From NCBI GenBank assembly GCA_964057225.1, contig OZ059898.1:3968001-4032000 (forward strand): a stretch of DNA of 64,000 nt, in the 5' to 3' direction. The notes under the pieces are model-generated. The model was not told the DNA's origin, ran no database searches, and saw nothing but the letters and a program-made list of their open reading frames with translations. Source of the DNA: Auanema rhodensis (lineage: Eukaryota; Animalia; Nematoda). Both the position numbers and the translations under genes were made by a program. Below, piece by piece: positions 38,821 through 53,725 of the stretch. Within the stretch, counting starts at the first letter, position 1. Every line of letters starts with the position of its first letter.

Positions 38821-39979
38821 CTAAAATTTATTATATATTAGGGCATCTATGTTTCCTGGTTGGCGAACTGCACGAGTAAAAGGGAGAATCTAGAATTATG
38901 ATTAAGAAATAAAAATATAGTTAATATAAACTAACTGGTTTTTGTAATTTGTGATTCAAGCTCATAGAAGCCGGCATAAGATATTTTCTTTTCTATAAAT
39001 ATAATTAATATAATTAATATATTTATGAATATTACATTCATAAAATCGGAAGTTTTAGTAGTATCCTCAATACTTGAAGTGACTAAGAAAGCACCAGCAT
39101 CAGCAACAATTAGACAACTGAAAAATTATATAAACTATCAAAAGCTGTTATGTACAGACTCTTTTCCCTGCACACATGCACTCGAGACGAATGATTTGAT
39201 TCGTTTCTTGTAGTCTTCAAGTGATTCATGAGAAAATTCACCAATTGTTTTCACTGATTTTTGAGGATGATAATTAGGGTTAACAGGATATTGCAAGTTG
39301 AAATACTAGAATATAAATACAAACAAATAACAGTAAATATATAATATTATATTAACCTCTTCAACTGTAAACCATTTTTTGATCACATTTATCGGCTCTA
39401 TTCCTCTCCATTTAGATATAGCTGGTTCAACATTAATAAGCAGATCACCACTATTAAAAACATTGACAATAGATGTCGCAGTTTGTACACTTGCTAAATC
39501 AGGAGCAGAGTAAATCTTAAAATAATTTGTTCGAATAATTATGAAAACACAAATAATCATACAATACTCGGCTTAAAAAATGAATCTTTCATTGTTCTAG
39601 CTGTTATTTCGGCTAAACAAACGCCATTTTGCGTGATAGGTGGATCAAGCCGATAATGGGAAATTGGTCTTCTAGAAAAAAAAAACGTTACGATTAACTA
39701 TAAATTATATTGTTATTTACTTTGGAATTGCCAAGGGCATATTTAAATCATAAGGTTCATATTTTTCTCCATCATAAGCTAAGCGTAACCATTCAGGAAA
39801 AACATCATCTATTGTTTCCGAAGTTGAAACTTAAACTATCTGTTTATACAATCTTTAATTTTCAATCTATTTATTAATTTCATAAAAAATATAAAAAAAT
39901 ATTTTATAAAATTTTGCTGATGCTTAATATATAATAAAGATGTAAAATTACCAATAACTAATGGAACTTTTAAAACCAT
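38821..39979 (-). CDS. Histidine phosphatase / phosphoglycerate-mutase superfamily protein (Sts/UBASH3-like); catalytic residues degenerate; about 8 exons
   Basis: Spliced: MVLKVPLVIVSTSETIDDVFPEWL..YEPYDLNMPLAIPKR..YRLDPPITQNG..IYSAPDLASVQTA..INVEPAISKW..YPVNPNYHP..ESLEDYKKRI..CLIVADAG..PILPFTR..-TAG. ATG is preceded by a TTTATAG acceptor. One junction near 38990 is uncertain. Confidence 0.75.
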
Positions 39980-40879
39980 AATTCTATAAACGACCGGTTT
40001 TGAACAGCTTCTCGAAAAAAATAAAAAAAACATTCGGAATATCTAAATTTATGAAACGTAAATAATAAAGATTTGAAAAAATAATAGTCCATGTATATTA
40101 TCAAATAATGTCATTTTGCTTTGTTTTTTTTTTAATAATTATTAAAAGCTAAAAACTTGATTTTGTTGATTAGGTTGAACTTGAAATAAAAACAGAAATA
40201 AAGTAACTTAGGATGTATACATATTCATTTTATTCTTTTTTCTTTGTTTGTGTATGTTTATTATCTTATGATGTAATCATTTTTTTTTGTAAATATTTAT
40301 TCAGAGTAACAGTATAATATATATAAATAAGTATAAAATAATATAATTCATATAGTATTCTTCATTTTTAAATAACTTTTATTATAAATGTAAAAAAAAT
40401 CGCAAAACTACAAACACAATATAAGATTAGAAACCTTTCGAAGATATTGTTTTAATAAATCTAGATGAAATTACAAAGTTTTATTTTCAAGTATATCATT
40501 TTTAGAATTTCTTATGAATTAACTATAACACATAGATAATGCGTTTTAATATATAAGATGTCTTCCGGATATCACATGATAGCTGAAAAGCCTAAAAAAA
40601 CGGCTCAAAAATTAACAATTTTTCTTCATTAAAAGATATAGATCTTATTTAATATTTTAAATTTGTAGCGTTTAGTTTATTGTCTCTGTATATATGTATG
40701 TTTCATAGCTCATCTGAAATTAATATATTTTGAAATAATATAAAGTAAGAGGAGAAGACAAGACAAAGAATATTAAACTAACTAAAAGTGTAGAAAGAAA
40801 AAAGATTATCCTTAAGATCATCGCCAAAATCAATCTCATGCTTCTTAGCTTAAAATTGATGCAACATATATAACAAGCT

Positions 40880-41002
40880 GTCCAAATAGGCGGAGCAAGG
40901 CCTTGTTCATTTCATAAGCCCCGCCCATCATCTTCACTGCAGCTCCTTCTGTACGAGATTCGGACTCATCCTAGCGTAGTGACGTCACGAGAAAAAGTTA
41001 AG
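40880..41002 (+). promoter_or_regulatory. GC-richer promoter-like island with GC boxes, a palindromic CRE and a downstream splice donor; possible non-coding first exon
   Basis: AGGCGGAGC and GCCCCGCCC; GTGACGTCAC at 40979-40988; AAG|GTATGT donor at 41002/41003; surrounded by very AT-rich DNA. Confidence 0.45.
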
Positions 41003-44000
41003 GTATGTTTAATTATATTTCAATATAGCAAATTAGTTTTACAAAATTATATGTTAATAATATGAAAAAATATAATATTTACTATAAAATGAAAAAGAAT
41101 ATGTTGACTAGAATGATTGCTGCAAAACGTCACATGCGGTATTACTTAATATAATTTTCAAAAATTATTTGGACAAAACTAATAGAATTAAAAATAAATT
41201 TTCAATTTTGATAAACTATCTTAGTTGAGAACTTTAACAAAAACTATGAAATGAATGCACATATTAATATGTTTTAAAAACTTTTAAGCTTATATATTCT
41301 ATTAATTAATTATAATTCCTATAACTTTTCTTGTTATACCTTCTTTTCATATATTTCAATAATTTTTTTTCTTCGATTTCTTTCTGTTTTATGATCATGT
41401 ACTAAGGCAATTAATCGGCTTCTACATTTCTGATCGTGAAATCCAAAATATTCAATTCCAAGTTGTCAAAGTATATACATAATAAAAACTGTATTGCTTC
41501 TATTTTGAAGCATTTTTAAATATAAATAAAGACAAATACACATTAAGATCTCATTTACTGATCAATTTTCTATGTAATAATAGTTCTTGTTTCCGGGACT
41601 TCTTTCAAAACTTACATGCTTTTACGCGATATATACATACATATATGTATGTATCTCCTTTGCAATATTTGTCTACTCTTATTGGGTAACATACACATCT
41701 CAAAACTTTAACCATATACAATTGATCGATTTCAAAATATTTCTTTTACAATTTATAAAAATAAGAAAATATTATTTTAAAATGTTTTTTTCTCATTCAT
41801 ATATACATATACAGATATGCTATAGATCAATATTTGGATGTAAATATGAATTTAGATTCAGACATACATATATGTATATACGAAGTTATAAATTGGAATG
41901 TATATTCACGCGCATATATATGTCTATATATAAAGATTAGGAGTATCAAAAATGGGTTGTAGCTTCGGAGTAGTTTTCCTACAATTTTCCTTTTTTTTTC
42001 AATAAAGTGATTTCACACATCTTCTTCTTGTTGGTGTGTTATTCTATTTGCTTCTACTTTTATCATTTTAAGAACTTTTGGATTAAATGAAAGCCATTAA
42101 ATTAGTTTTTATACATTAATGATATCCATGTATATGCTATTGCACTTAGATCAAAATTTGAATGAATTTTTAAAACATCTTGTACACTACTACTGCTTTC
42201 TATGAAATAATTTCCAGCATAAAAACTGCCCAATTGTCATGCTCTACTACAAATATTCTTTTCATTCTCTGGCATTAAGCATCTTCTTTTGCTTCCAATT
42301 TCTCTCATCGTGGGAATTATCTGGAAAGGTGTGAACTATGAGATATGAGATAAAGAGAGCATATAAGGCAGAATATGAAAGAGTGAGGGAATGGAAATAG
42401 TAAAAAAGGGCGAGAGAAAAGACAAAGAATTAGAGAGATATGAATATAGAGAAAGAAAGAGAGGAAGAGAGAGGAAGAGAGAAATAGTGTTAGATTGTAT
42501 CACTCTATGTGTTTCGATCGTGACATGCAGGCAAATTCTGTTTCTTCTAGTTCTGGATGATGAAGGAAACATTTTCGAGGGACATGCTTAATATGGAATG
42601 CTGATGAGCAGACAAATTAAAGGAAAGGATTGGGAGATTAAGGATTTCAGATTTTGGGGATAAACATTTATATTATTGAAGAGAATAATCTTTGAGGAAA
42701 ATATGTGGGTGTTTAAAAGAAAAGTTTTGTGTTTTAATCAAATAATCTTTGAAATTCGCTTTGATATGGACCTTAGAAATCGATATTTTATTAATAAACC
42801 TATAGAAGATTATTCAAATCTTAAAAAAATATATATAAAAATTCTAATTAAATCCTCTTTTTATCATTTCACATTATACTTAATCCGAGATCTATTCTTC
42901 ATTTTCTTAACTATGATCAATCTCCTAAATTTTCATTTTGTTTCCAAAAATAATTTATAATTGACATTTATTTAAAAAAAAACTTAACTATATGAAAATA
43001 GTATATGGATGGATAATATAAATTTTGTATTTAGTTTATATAAATAGAAATTATCTATATGAATTTCAATTTTACATTGCAACGCATTCATATCAATATG
43101 AATATCAATTGAATCAAAGTAACAACAATTCATATACTATTCATATATGTATGCACAATTCATACATATGTATGTATGTATTAAACATTTTTCGCAATAA
43201 ATAGCTTAAATGATCAAAATATTCTTTTTCATTCTATTTAACCTTCTTCAATTTATTACAAAAAATATCCAGCTTGCAAGGCATTTGATTGAAAATGTTA
43301 TAAAAGTACGGGAAAAGACGAATTTTGCATGAAAGAAACAAATAGAACGACTGAGATATATGTATATGTAGAGAATAATAACTTCAGACTACTTGAGGAT
43401 ATAGAGAGCAACTGAGCGACAAAGAATGAAAGAGAGAGATAGAGACAGAAAGATTGAGAGAGAGAGAGAGAAAGAGCTGGGAAAAGTGAAATGTGACTTC
43501 CAATTATGCTAGCCTTGATGTTTTCTAAAATTTTGTATCCAATTAGTTTGGACTGAGCAACAACTTGTTCTCTTAGTCCAGAATGACGCTTCATCTGTTC
43601 TTAAAAATTTGCTGGAGATGTATAGCTGGATCAAATTTTTCAAACAAAATATGTACATGTATCAAACAAAAAAGGATAACAAGTTTATTAGTTATCTGTA
43701 TCATAGACTTTTCAATAAAAAGACAAATATGAATTATCTTCCGTTTTTCTCTTCGAAAAATTAAATTATTTTTTCTTAACGAAATAAGAAAAGTTTATAT
43801 AATTTTTGAATTAAACCTTTTTAAAACTTTGAACGTATACATACTTTATGAAAATAGTGTTCGTATGAGCTTTTATTTGATTTCTATCATTTTTCATTTG
43901 ATTTTCATTCGTTTCCAGCTGTTTTCATTGTACTATGTTTATAAACTAACCAACTATTATTAGTTTTTGAAAATAATATTTTATAGAAAAGATATAAATA

Positions 44001-44212
44001 ATAATATTGATATGAAAACCATATAATTTACTTAATAAAACATTTATCAAAATAAAATCAAATATATAAACAAGAAATATTATAAGATTTATAATAAAAC
44101 ATCTACTTTATTAATCATATTCAATAACTTATTTCGAAAAATAATAAATTTAACCAATATTCATATCATCTCCCTCTTCACTTCGCAAAGTTCAATATAA
44201 ATTTCGTTTTAG

Positions 44213-44465
44213 AGCGGCCTCTGGCCTTTATCGGCCGGGGGAAGCTGTTGTGGACCCCGTCTCAGTACTTCAATCGTTCGGGCCGGCGGAGCTGTTTCAC
44301 CGGTTTCGCCGGCCTACGGACCCAGCAGCTTGGCCACGCCCCATGCACAGGCTGGAGTTCTGACGGATCCGACAACTACCGGAGGAGGCCGTCCAGTTGC
44401 TGGCGGAACGATGCAAGACACGAAGATAAGCTTAAACCTAGAATTGCCTCCGGTCTCGACACGAT
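44213..44465 (+). CDS. Putative 5' exon of a large unidentified gene (coding from ATG 44411: MQDTKISLNLELPPVSTR, ends in phase 1)
   Basis: Sharp GC-rich block bounded exactly by a TTTTAG acceptor and a GTGAGT donor; the frame is open from end to end. Confidence 0.6.
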
Positions 44466-45782
44466 GTGAGTTTTAAATTTTTATAATATCGAGATTCAAT
44501 GGAAAAATAGTTTATGATATTGATTCTAATCTGAAACCTTCTTTCATTATTCATAACACTTAATAAAAAGGAAATTATAGATATTTAAAATATTTACATC
44601 TAATTTCTTACTATTAATGATTAAATATGATATTTATAAAATTATGTATATTCGAAGATTATTTTGAAAAAAAAGAGACTTTTTTACTTGCTAACAAACA
44701 GTTTATCGACAATAACCATCGTTTTCTCACAAATTCATGCATATTTGAATATAATTCTTTCGAGTTTTTAACTTAACATACGATCATGAAAATGCTATTA
44801 ATTATATTTTCACTTGACTAACAACCAACGCGTTTTACTAGGTTTTTTGAGTTTTCATTCTTTTGTTTTCAGTAAATTTAGAAGTTTCTGAATGTTTTTT
44901 TTTGATTTTCATTTAACTACTCATATGGTGGAGTCATCATCCTTGTACTGATCATGAACTTATTCGTTCAAAATATTCTTTCAATCATGCTTTTTTCAAA
45001 GACAAAAAATCCACATGCCTTTCATGAAAGCATTTGCTGTTGAAACTGCTCGTTTAAGCAATAGACACAAGCTTTGAGCCTTAGGATCCTTTTAAACAGA
45101 AGCTTGGGTGAATAACTATTTCTATTTTGAGCAGATGTAAATATTTTTTTTGTTAAGAGCACAAAAAGGAATATACAACACTATAGTTGACAAGACACAA
45201 TAAGAGAAAAAAAGAAATGTAGACGGCTATCGAAAAACGAGCAGTTCTTATTTAGAAAATTCTGTGTAGATAAGAAAATGGAATGAGCAAAAAAGAGAAA
45301 GAAAGAAAAATTCAAAAAGAATTTAAAAACTGCATAAAGGAAAAGAGAGAAATACAAACGAAAAGGTTTGGAGAGAATAAAATAGGAAGAAGAAAGTGTG
45401 ATATAGAGAATGAAACAAGTGAGAAGAATAAAAGAAGCATAGAAACATAGCGGAAGGAATAGAGAATGAGAAGATGAGAATAAAGAGAGAAAACAAATGA
45501 GGTGATAAAGGAGAGCAGTTGAAGTAAATAAGAAAAGGTATTATTAGTACATTACATCCATGTTCTCACTTTAGCTTTTATTCCGCTTTCACGAAAATGA
45601 ACGGAGTGAAGAAAAACATATGATTGAAAGTTATTAAGTGTACCTAACCCACATCATCGATAGCATATTATACTGAATAGTTAAAATAATTCTTCTCTCT
45701 TTTTTAATCTGTCGGTGAAAAAGTTTTAGAAAGAAGAGTAAACTTTTTTTTTGATGACAATGGTCTTTCATTAAATTGGCCA

Positions 45783-45840
45783 ATGTTTGATGTCTTTCAT
45801 GGACAGCTCCGAAGACAAACTGGCTTCGTCTCAGCTTCCG
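45783..45840 (+). CDS. Putative alternative first coding exon MFDVFHGQLRRQTGFVSAS (phase 1)
   Basis: ATG, 19 codons + 1 nt, then GTAATG donor; locally raised GC; phase matches exon 49633. Confidence 0.4.
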
Positions 45841-47498
45841 GTAATGTTATTCGATGTACTCACTACATAGTCGATGACGTACAGATGACTAAATGACGAT
45901 GCTATATATGTATGTAAGCTCATAGTGAGGACGCGAAGAGGGGTTACAGCTTTGAAGAAAAAGAAGATAGAAAAGCATAAAAAGAAAAGCTTCAAAAATT
46001 ATGTTACTGTCAAGGAATTTCAAATTACGTTAAGTTGTCAAAATTTTCGACTAGACTTTCTTAATAAAAATAAATAAGTTAAATGTATTATATAATTATA
46101 ATATATTATATATAAATTTAAGAATTTTTTTGTTTTTGTAGTAATATAAATATATGATTTAATTTATTTTTAAACGACTTGATAATAAGAATATAATTTC
46201 ATTGTCTAGATATAATTTTTTTTTGGAATAGTATATCATTGATATATGCAAAATAATTGTTTCTTCTTTTCTTTTATTTTGAACTAATTTCCTTATTGCA
46301 AAAGACTTTGTTATAATTTGGGAAATATGTATACATGTAAAGCTAGCAAAAAATCAGAAGTGGAATACAACTATTACATGAAGTTAGTGTTATCCTTCAA
46401 TTTTGAAAATTTTTCAAACTTGTTGATCATTTCTAGAATCACATTCATGTAAGACATCTCTTAGCCTTTGAGAATTTGCTAGGCATAAACAGAGAGAAAT
46501 GGGATTCGGGTAGGAAAGACACCATTGCCACACAATAGCCACACAATTCGATGATCGAACTCAAGGAAGAAGCAGCTGCCAAACTTTCAACTCATTTGTA
46601 TTGATAATTTTGCTTCTGCATGGCAGTTCTATCTATTAGGGATTCATAATACAAAAAAAGGCAAATGTTGAAAAAAAGATTGATTTAAGTAACAACGAAA
46701 CAAAAATTAAATTAGCAAAATTGAATAATTTCGTTGTTTTTTTGACTGAGCAATCTTATTCGAAATTAACATAGAACTTTTTTTTTCGAAAAAGACAAAA
46801 GTTTCTATATTCTCTATTTCAATGTATTTATAAACAATTTATCATATTTGTTTTAAAGTTAACATTTTCTTTCAACAACTTGTAATATTTTTATTCTGCA
46901 ATATTTTTTTGTTCTAATTAATTAGTTATTCAAATTAAAATTAAATAAGTTCGATCGAATGAATGTTACAAGAACAAAGATCGACATTGTTCCATATGTG
47001 AACCTATTAATTCTTGAAATTTTCTTTTATATGAATAAAATTTTAAAAACTTATGTATATATACTAATTATTTTGATAAAAATATTACAGAAAAGTTTAT
47101 TTTTATTTTTAAAAAAATAGTTTCAATACATAGTATAGTAATATATGTATTCACATACATATAGATAACAGTTAAATTTACTATTAAATACTATTAGTAT
47201 TTCATCGTAATTCGGAAGATGTACATATATATGTATATATATTATATATTATATATATTATATATGTAGTAGCATATAGATCTTTGTACCGGATATCCTT
47301 GACCATAAAGAGGAAATGTTGTTCAGATTTCTAAATGTATGAAGATGTTAACATAATGTAAACGTGAAGTTTTATAAAGCATAAGAGAAACATTATAAAA
47401 AATAATTTTTTTTCTTTAAAGATTAAATTTTTCATGAATACAAAGACTTGAACAAAACATATTTTGTTTGATCACCAAATACATGTACATGTATGTAT

Positions 47499-47528
47499 AT
47501 GATGATGATGATGATGATGATGATGATG
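47499..47528. repeat. (ATG)10 microsatellite
   Basis: Directly visible. Confidence 0.9.
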
Positions 47529-49632
47529 TTCCATAAAATATTGTCATAATTATTTATTATTAATATAATAATAAATGGATAATAGAGTTAAATAAGAAAT
47601 TATTTCTACTATACACTTACAATATAATTTTTATGAAAGTTTTTATATAAAATATGTAAACATATCTACTTTCTAATGAAAATAATAACGGATTTTAAAA
47701 TTTTAAATAAAAATCTAAAAATTAAAGAAATAGAGAGCATGTGAAAAGGAACAATTCCTTGGTTATGTATAACAATTAGTGTAATGACCTGGTTGAAATA
47801 CTATTACTTGTATCCTGAAGCCGTTTCATCCTTCCCAGTACTAATTAGCTTTCACATTCTGATTCCAGAGACTTAATTTTCTTTTTTTTTTGAAGCTGAC
47901 CTTCGGTCCTTGCTTCGGTTATTTCGTTTTTAGCTTGTTTATAACGTTGTGTAGCTACTCAAAGTTTCTGCAACGTTATCTTTATGAATTATTTTTTAAA
48001 ATTTGATGTTCACACAGCTTTTTTTTTCCTAAAACAAGCCATTGTAGTTGTTTACCGAAACTTCCAGAAGATCTATTGCTTTTTATGTTTTCATAGTTAA
48101 TATTCAGTATTTATTTATTTAGTTAATCCTTGTAATTAAAAAAAATCTAATAAAGAATAAAGGAATGAAATGAAATTCTTTTCAATTATTATTTGTTTTC
48201 AAAATATTTTATCGCCTTTTTTCTTTCTTTAAAGTTATGAAAGAAATAAGAAGTAATCGTTCTTGAATATTCAAAAGTTCATTTTATATAAATATGAAAA
48301 ATTCTGATAACTATAACTAGAGTAGGTAAAATAAATACGAATATTATACATAATAATTTTGATTTTGTAATAAAAATCAAATTAATTTTTGATAATAACA
48401 ACCTTTTGAAAATCTTATATATACTTATATATATATGTATATATATTACAATAAGTATAAATATATATACGTATGTATAGTATATAATATATTTTAATAC
48501 ATTGATTTCTTAATCCTGAATACCTAATATTATCCTTTTATTGCTTGTACAAATATTAGATAGCAATAAGAGGAGCAATGAATAGGTTTCGGAAGAACAT
48601 CACTAGCTCTTAGATGCTTTTACAATTTCCTTTACTTTGTCATTTATTTAATTTATTACATCGTTAAAGATTTTTTTGTTTCAATTTTATTTGAAACATA
48701 AATAATTGCAATTAAATATATAGTAGATATATATATATATATATATATACCTATATTTTAGAAAATTTAAGAGATTTCCATTCCTTTATTCTTGATTTAA
48801 GAATTAAAATTGTTTTTTTTTAGATGATCTTTTGATTATAACTTTTATAAAACATAAACCTATAACTATATATATATATATATATGCATATATTAGTTAA
48901 GATATATACAATGTATATATGTACATAAAAGGATATAATATTATCTCTTTTACTGAACAAAAAACATTAATTTAGGATCAAAGCATTGAAAAAAAAAACA
49001 ATTCTTCATTTTTTTCGATACTGAAAAATTTTCGTCTTCGTATATACGTGTATTGACAATTCACATTTATAACTAATTCTATATTTTTATTTAAAATTAA
49101 TGTTTTCACATATACATACAAATAAAACTGCTACAAACTACGAAACAGATAATTTTCCATAATTTTTTTTAGAAAAGAAGAACAATTTCATTTACATATA
49201 CAGATAGATGATGTTTAAAAAGTTAGAAAGAAGATATTTAATCTAATTTTATTTGAGAATATTGAAAATAATAAAATCTAATAAGAAATCAGAACATTGT
49301 TCTTAATAAAATTTTGTTTATAATAAGATGTAACAACTATATCAATTTATGAATATACATATATGTGTATATTGATATATCCAACTTATTTTGATGTATC
49401 TCATTCTGCAAGTTTTCTTTGTTTTCTTTTTAAATAATATTTTCAGTGTCATGAAATAGCAAAAGTAAAATATCACCTTATTGTTGGAATATAATCCTCG
49501 GAAATACAGATATACTTTCTTTATATCCAGAAAAAAGAAACAGATTTGAAAAATATCATAAACTCAATTTTATAGTTTTATTAATAACTATAATAATGGC
49601 TAATAATATGCTAACATCTTCATTTTTTATAG

Positions 49633-49683
49633 TGCGGAAGCTAAGCGAGGCTTTTTTCAATGCTCAACATGGTGATAAAATAG
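49633..49683 (+). CDS. Putative 51-nt internal exon (x)RKLSEAFFNAQHGDKI, symmetric phase 1
   Basis: TTTTTTATAG acceptor and GTTAGT donor; GC-richer than its flanks; open in the phase-1 frame. Confidence 0.55.
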
Positions 49684-52600
49684 GTTAGTTGTAGTTTATT
49701 ATTTGTTTAATTTTATATTCATATATTTTAATTTAATTTTGTTTTTATTTAAAAACAAAATTAATAATGAAGTTTTATTTTTAATATATTAATCATATTT
49801 TTCTAAAACCTTTTTAAAAAGTAGTAGAGGAGATCATTCATGCATATTTTTGCTTTTTTTTCCAAAACCAACATTCTATAGTCATTCTATGTTTTATATA
49901 TCTCGTTCTTGACTTTTTATTAGAGTTACTTCATTTTGAAATATTGATGAAAATTCCAATTTATTTGTAAAATGAAGTAAATAACATTTTTTAAACATTT
50001 TTATATAACACAAATACGTATAAAACGTACATATATAGTAGAAGCAATGTAATTAGAAAAAAACACAAAAAACGGTTTGTCTTTGCTTCAATCAGTTTGA
50101 TTTGCTTGTTTCTTACTCCGATTTTTATTTTTTTAATTTGATTTTCTCGTTGTTTCATTTTATTTCAAAATGAAGCGAATGTTTTACTATACGTTTTAAC
50201 TTCACTTTTTGACATTTTCAATTTCATTTGTTTTTTTTTCTTTCCGGAAAACAGTAAATTCTTAATTTTGGAACTACTATTCATTTCCTGACATATTTTA
50301 TATTTTCCTTATTTTTTAACTATTTCTAGTTTTTTAAATGTTATATATGTATATAAAATTTTTTAATTCTATCTACCATATATTCAAATAGTTTTTTTTA
50401 AAAGAAAAAAAAACTATAATATACATACATTTTCTGAAACTATTTTATATTTCATTCTTTGCTTTTCCTTTTCCAACTTGTGAGTTATTAAGGTATTTAG
50501 TTATTTTTACACCATTTAAACATTCAACATGTGGCTATGTGTTATTCATTGTTCAACTTATTCATTTATTTCTTGTTTATCGTTTAAGTTATTCTCATAC
50601 TTGTTGTTTCGTCTCTTTAATAGCGTTCTTGATCAACTTTTACCGAACCTGTATATACATAATAGTTTGAAACATTCTCTTTTCTTATTTTACTACTCCA
50701 TTTATCATATTTCTTCTATAACTTTATTCATTTAAGGTAGCATTTCCTTATTATTTTTTCTTCATAAATATTTGTGTTCCCATACATATATGTATATGCA
50801 AGTATGTAGATATAAGCCACCTAATTCATATCTTTATTTTATTTTTTATAAAAAAAGAAACAAATATGAGTACAAAGTGATAAAGAAATTATTTTTATAA
50901 TAACAATCTTAATGCCATATAATAATTTTTGTTTTTTTAATAATATTATATAAGAATTAAAAGTAATTGAATAACATGGCGTTTGCTTACATCTTTAAAA
51001 ATAAATCAAAATTAATATTTATAATGTTTATTTTACTATTTTAAATATAATATTAATATTTGATTTCACTTTTATTATTGCATATATTCATTATTTAATT
51101 TTAATTATCTATTGTATTATATAATTTTTAATTTTTTAACAATTCTCGGACAATCTAATTAATAACTCTGCGCAAACCATTACATGTTTCTACAATTAGA
51201 GTACAGTTTACTATCAAAATTAAATTTATCCGTTTTTTCTATTTAATCTTATTTATTATATCTAATCCTTATTTGTGTTTTCTACATATAAAGTGTGTTG
51301 GTTATGAAAAACCAAACGACAACTCGTCGAAAAGACAAAAACGAAAACAATATTTCAAGTTTGCCTGATATACTATACCTTCCAAACAAAACTGTTTTTT
51401 TCGTTTTCTTTTTGTGAATATACTATATATATATATATATATATGTTTTTATATTATTTGTAGTTATATATATTATATAAATTGTGAAATAGAACATTAT
51501 ATTTAATAAGAATATTTTACAAAATTAACTCAGAATATACAATGTATATGATATATCTTTCATTCATTAATGCCGTTATTATTTCATTTTTTTCTTTTAA
51601 ATGTTAAAAACTTGTTCCAATTCTTTAAAAATATTTTATATTATCTGTATCTATTCATTCTTATACTGTTTAATTGTTTAATTAACTTGTTAAACAATAA
51701 TAATAAGAATTGATTTAACTATTTCAATCACATTTAGAATAAAAACGATTTATTTTTATATCTGAGTTTTCATGGAGTTTTCATCTTTAGTTTTGTTTTG
51801 GACCAAGCTTTTCCAATTATGCTATTTATTATGAGAATGAGCTCAAAACTGAAAAATATTATATCATATGAAGAAGCAAGAAGAGACGCTCTTTCTATAA
51901 TTTTATTTATTTTTACATATTTTCCTCTTAAATTTTTAATATAAGAAAAATTAAAATACTAACACTTGTAATACAGCAAATTTCAAATTAATCGAAATAT
52001 CTTTTCTTCGCTATTTCTTAATATCTGAGCAAAATGTCAAAATATTTTCTCTCAAGCAAGCAAAAAGTTTTTTTTCCTTTTCCGAGGCTCAGATCTTGTT
52101 TTCCATTTCCGGTCTTATCTGGTTCCGGCCAATTGGTAGAAAGCTATAAGAATAATTGTTAGAGTCCTATTCTATTTTATTCATCATTGAAATTAAAAAA
52201 AACTCTTTGTATACCATGATTTGCCTTTTTTCAATATTTTCTTTCAGCATACTATGAGAATATACCTCCCCACACACACCAAAAAAAGGATTTTATGGAT
52301 TTGACAGCTTATATGCTTTATTATATTTTCATTTAAATGTTCTTTAGCTAGTCATCTTCTGAAAATCTATTCTTATTCTTTTTTTTAACCACTACATACA
52401 TTTTTCATTGGCTTCATCTCATATCGAAAATATAATTCACTGCTGAATTTAGTAGCCTGACATACCATTTGTGTCCGCTCTTCTCTTGTTATATCTAGCT
52501 TATACATGGCCTTTTCATTTTCAATCCTTCGTCATGTCTTTCTCTCTATTACTTTCAACATATAGAATTCTTCAACAAATTTCGAGACGAATTATCTATC

Positions 52601-53673
52601 GTTTCTCCAAAAACGTATACTATTTCAATTTTATGAAATGAATAGTTTTTCAAAAATTTCACACTTCTGTTCACAACAAGTTGAGCCGTGAAAATTGTGC
52701 AGATGGCTTAAGAGCAAGTGAGATATTTCTAGAGCCAAGAGAAAGAGGGAAAAAGTAGAAGAAAGCGCATGAACGATAAGATGAAGTCAGTCTGACGCTT
52801 GACTGGACTCAGTATAACTCACGAATGTGTTCCAATTTCATTTTTTCATTCAATTCGGTTTAATAAAAAATTTTAAAACTATTATCATTAATAATACAAT
52901 GCTTGTTTATTATTATTAATGTTATTTTAATTGACGGCATTTGTTTGATTTCTTTGTATTTTTGGTAAAAAAATCGTTATTTTTCCAAATTGATTTGTAT
53001 TTTAAATTAACTATTATTCATTATTCACTTGTCTTTTATTTTTATAAAAATTATATGATATAATTATATATATATATATATAGGTATAAAATTATGTCAT
53101 ATAATTATTTTAATTAGAAATTTTTAATTTAATATAATAAAGAAACAAGATTGCTCAAAAAGCTGCTCACATATTATTCGTGATAAATATATCTTGTTAT
53201 TCTGACACTATAAGATATTATAAAAAATCTAAATAATTTTATATACTAAATATATTTATGCAGTTTAAAAACGATTGAATATTTTGAATTTAAGGCTACT
53301 ACTCTTTTGAGTTCAACGATATTAATCTTTCAAGTACTTTTGGATTTTTCTAAAATTATTATCACTAATATTTGTAATTATATACAATAATACTATTTAG
53401 TATAAAATATTTATTTATTTCTAAATTAAATATTTATGCATATAAATATACATTTTATTATATGAAATATTGAAATTCTTAATTGTTCTTTGGCTCACTA
53501 TTAAGTTTTTACAACATATACAAATCCTATGATATGTAATGAGTTCGATAATGAAAAAATGTTCAAAAAATTAGCTTCATTCATCTAAGAGAATATCTAA
53601 ATGCCAGCTTGGTTGCGTCTTCCTTTACATTTTCTCTTGTTTTTTCGTTTTAGCACTCTATTTCTCATTCTTT

Positions 53674-53675
<2 letters not shown>

Positions 53676-53719
<44 letters not shown>
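53676..53719. repeat. (CT)n microsatellite
   Basis: Directly visible. Confidence 0.9.

Positions 53720-53725
<6 letters not shown>

Noticed and set aside
41587-43594. Several F/I/Y/L-rich or ER/SL-repeat ORFs
   Set aside because: Products of AT-rich and GA/CT low-complexity DNA
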